Origin: Pseudomonadota bacterium
Lineage (GTDB): Bacteria; Bdellovibrionota_B; Oligoflexia; Oligoflexales; CAIYRB01
Assembly (NCBI GenBank): GCA_031416315.1
Contig: JANOTL010000122.1
Span: 1-50,007, forward strand
Reading direction: 5' to 3'
Length of the DNA: 50,007 nt
Shown: positions 49,264 to 50,007 of the stretch, one piece after another
Position numbering within the stretch: position 1 is the first letter of the stretch
How the letters are laid out: the number at the start of each line of letters is the position of its first letter
Notes under the pieces: generated by a model
The model's database searches: none
What the model saw: only the letters and a program-made list of their open reading frames with translations
Told to the model about the DNA's origin: nothing
Program-made: the position numbers and the translations under genes

Positions 49264-50007
49264 ATGCATTCCGAGTACTTCCGAGCCATATACAGCCACC
49301 GCGACGCCGCGTCGTTTTTGCGGAGTCTCTTTGCAGGGGAGATGGCGGAAAGCGGGAAACGCTCGTCGTTACGCGCCTGGGCTCAAATCCTCGAGGTCAA
49401 TCCGGGCTTTTTGTCCCAGGTCCTGAGCTCGAAGCGCCGCCTCTCCGACGCCAAGGCGATGAAGATCGCGGAGCTGCTCGGCATGGGCACGCGCGAGAGT
49501 CGGTATTTCCGTCTCTTGGTGCGGCGCGACACGGCGCGTAGCGACAGCCTGCGCCAAGCGATCGAAGGCGAGCTCGAGGACCTCCGCCGCGTGTTTGAAT
49601 CGGAGGCGCTCGACGCCGAGACCTTCGCCGCCATCCACGACTGGTATCACGTGCCGATCCTCGAGATGCTCGACCTCGACGGCCTGGAGCACACAGCGCT
49701 CGCCTTCGCCATGCGCCTCGGCGTATCGCCGCTCGAGGCGGAGGTCGCGCTCGAGCGCCTGACTCGCCTCGGCCTGATCGAGCGCAAGCCCGACGGCCGC
49801 CTGGCCCGCACGCAGGAGAATTTTCGCTTCAGAAGCCCGCATAGGAACGAGGCGTTCGGCCGTTTCCACGGGCAAATGATGGCGCTCGCGGTGCGCGCGA
49901 TGGACAAAAGCCCGATGGACGAGCGCCTCGTCATGTCGCAGACCTTCTGCATCTCGAAGTCGCAGATGGAGGAAGCGCGTCTCATGACGCGCGAGTACAT
50001 CGAGAAA
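49264..50007 (+). CDS. TIGR02147-family HTH/DUF4423 protein, runs off the right edge (not in the ORF track)
   Basis: Manual translation: SLRAWAQILEVNPGFLSQVLSSKRRLS, YFRLLV, FAAIHDWYHVPILEM, ALERLTRLGLI, FHGQMM. Confidence 0.85.
   Translation, partial: MHSEYFRAIYSHRDAASFLRSLFAGEMAESGKRSSLRAWAQILEVNPGFLSQVLSSKRRLSDAKAMKIAELLGMGTRESRYFRLLVRRDTARSDSLRQAIEGELEDLRRVFESEALDAETFAAIHDWYHVPILEMLDLDGLEHTALAFAMRLGVSPLEAEVALERLTRLGLIERKPDGRLARTQENFRFRSPHRNEAFGRFHGQMMALAVRAMDKSPMDERLVMSQTFCISKSQMEEARLMTREYIEK

Overview
This is a high-GC bacterial chromosomal window, most consistent with Bdellovibrionota/Oligoflexia. That placement is inferred from a TIGR02147-like protein, an XRE regulator with AQFISNWERG and many orphan lipoproteins. 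Housekeeping genes include hemW, uvrB-uvrC, a complete alternative complex III operon (actABCDEF), a fabL-like SDR, an S9 peptidase, miaE-hflX-pgi-PilZ, a HIT hydrolase and hppD. They are interleaved with accessory genes for secreted proteins and lipoproteins. I saw no rRNA, tRNA, CRISPR array, transposase or integrase. The main leads are five. (1) A ydaO/c-di-AMP-riboswitch-like leader (about 19783-19945) that can pair with the Shine-Dalgarno of a tandem pair of unknown paralogous proteins. (2) Five sigma28-like TCAA-N16/17-CCGA promoter candidates in front of lipoprotein, protease and signalling genes. (3) An orphan YcaO-like protein whose ATP/Mg-binding motifs look eroded. (4) An ActB that keeps the N-terminal FS0 [4Fe-4S] motif. 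(5) A PxxVxGxxL motif shared by two unrelated lipoproteins. All family calls come from motif recognition by eye; no searches were run.
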